Assembly (NCBI RefSeq): GCF_000328665.1
Contig: NC_019977.1
Coordinates: 2,224,011 to 2,288,010, forward strand
DNA from: Methanomethylovorans hollandica DSM 15978
GTDB taxonomy: Archaea > Halobacteriota > Methanosarcinia > Methanosarcinales > Methanosarcinaceae
Direction: 5' to 3'
DNA length: 64,000 bases
Made by a program: the position numbers and the translations under genes. How positions within the stretch are numbered: position 1 is the stretch's first letter; each line of letters opens with the position of its first letter. The notes under the pieces were generated by a model. That model ran no database searches. It was not told the origin of the DNA and was given only the letters and a program-made list of their open reading frames with translations. Below are positions 62,976-64,000 of the stretch, one piece after another.

Positions 62976-63842
62976 TTAGGCTTTACATGTGCCTTTAGCT
63001 GCCATTAGCACATGCTGCATGAGTATGGAGATCGTCATAGGCCCCACACCTCCGGGTACGGGGGTTATAAGGGCGGCTTTCTTGATAACGTTCTCAAAGT
63101 CCACATCACCGTACACTTTTCCATCTTCCTCAGTGATCCCTACATCAAAAACAACAACTCCCTCTTTGACCATCTCGGCCTTGATGAGGTGTTTGACACC
63201 AGTACCAACTACGAGTATGTCAGCATCAAGTGTGTACTGTTTCAGATCCTGGGTGAACACGTGACATACTGAAACTGTGGCATTGCGATTGATCAGCATT
63301 GCAGCCATCGGTTTTCCTACAACATTGCTATGCCCGACAACAACGGCATGCTTGCCCTGTATCTGGATACCATGCTCTTCCATTGCCCGGATAACTCCTT
63401 TGGGAGTGCAGGGCACAAAGCCCTCATTACCTATCAGGAGATTTCCCATGTTGTACGGATGAAAACCATCTGCATCCTTTCCCGGGTCTATGGCCAGCAT
63501 GGCTTCCTTGTCGTTAAGATGTCGTGGAAGAGGTAGTTGCAGTAGTATCCCGTGAATATCTTTCCTCAGGTTGAGCTGCTGAATGTGGGCTATAAGCTCC
63601 TCCTGGGAGATAGAAGCCGGAAGGTTATGGTCTTCTGCATGTATCCCTGTCCTTTCACATGCTTTGTGCTTAAGGCGTACATACATCTTTGAAGCAGGAT
63701 CTTCTCCTACCAGAATGGTGGCAAGGCCAGGAGTTATACCCCTTTCCGCTTTAAGTGCCTCCACACCTTTCTTTACTTCTTCCTCAACCTTCTTTGCAAG
63801 GCTACGCCCATCGATCACCCTTGAACTATATTCCTCTTCCAC
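62976..63842 (-). CDS. folD: methylene-THF dehydrogenase/cyclohydrolase
   Basis: [36 protein letters not shown] start approximate. Confidence 0.96.
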   Translation of the reverse strand: MEEEYSSRVIDGRSLAKKVEEEVKKGVEALKAERGITPGLATILVGEDPASKMYVRLKHKACERTGIHAEDHNLPASISQEELIAHIQQLNLRKDIHGILLQLPLPRHLNDKEAMLAIDPGKDADGFHPYNMGNLLIGNEGFVPCTPKGVIRAMEEHGIQIQGKHAVVVGHSNVVGKPMAAMLINRNATVSVCHVFTQDLKQYTLDADILVVGTGVKHLIKAEMVKEGVVVFDVGITEEDGKVYGDVDFENVIKKAALITPVPGGVGPMTISILMQHVLMAAKGTCKA

Positions 63843-63858
63843 CACTCCTTTCACCTCT

Positions 63859-64000
63859 TTACTTATATATAGGGAACCTGCTGCAGAGCTGTTCCACATC
63901 AGAGCTGATCTCCATTAGTGCCTTATCGTTGCCAATATTGAGGATCACGTTCTCTATGAATCCTGCAATGTCCACCATTTCCATTTCTTTCATGCCTCTG
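63859..64000 (-). CDS. glyA: serine hydroxymethyltransferase, 3' end (partial)
   Basis: Manual translation [15 protein letters not shown]...[12 protein letters not shown], a typical SHMT C-terminus, directly upstream of folD. Confidence 0.8.
   Translation of the reverse strand, partial: RGMKEMEMVDIAGFIENVILNIGNDKALMEISSDVEQLCSRFPIYK

Overview
A 64-kb segment of a methanogenic archaeal chromosome. Gene content and protein styles point to Methanosarcinaceae, possibly Methanomethylovorans-like (inference). Most of it is housekeeping or cofactor DNA: afpA, ino1, a rubrerythrin-fprA-FTR redox cluster, a P-type ATPase, a subtilase, perR/fur, nikR, purC/purL, pit/DUF47, nreA, iscS-iscU, aIF1, cdc48, radA, coaD, cbiD-cbiE-cbiMNQO, mutS-mutL, moeA, ilvE, tRNA-Arg(UCU), TetR-ABC exporter, thermosome, bioY-ECF, modABC-modE and a bacterial-type folate cluster (glyA-folD-folP-metV). 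Reading outside the ORF track revealed a heavily decayed flavodoxin/FMN-reductase pseudogene, IS1 and IS5 relics, an ArsR relic, a truncated PfkB, and a ~140-bp MITE-like element with a second partial copy. It also revealed BirA, ModE and TetR operator palindromes and a multi-hairpin candidate ncRNA after the P-type ATPase. The best leads are a FolP with a C-terminal domain that may be a dihydropteroate reductase, an IscU lacking two canonical ligands, an orphan QueG/RdhA-like cobalamin Fe-S protein, an orphan MtaA/CmuA-like methyltransferase, and an LVIVD + FG-GAP-like surface protein. No CRISPR array, prophage or intact transposase was seen.
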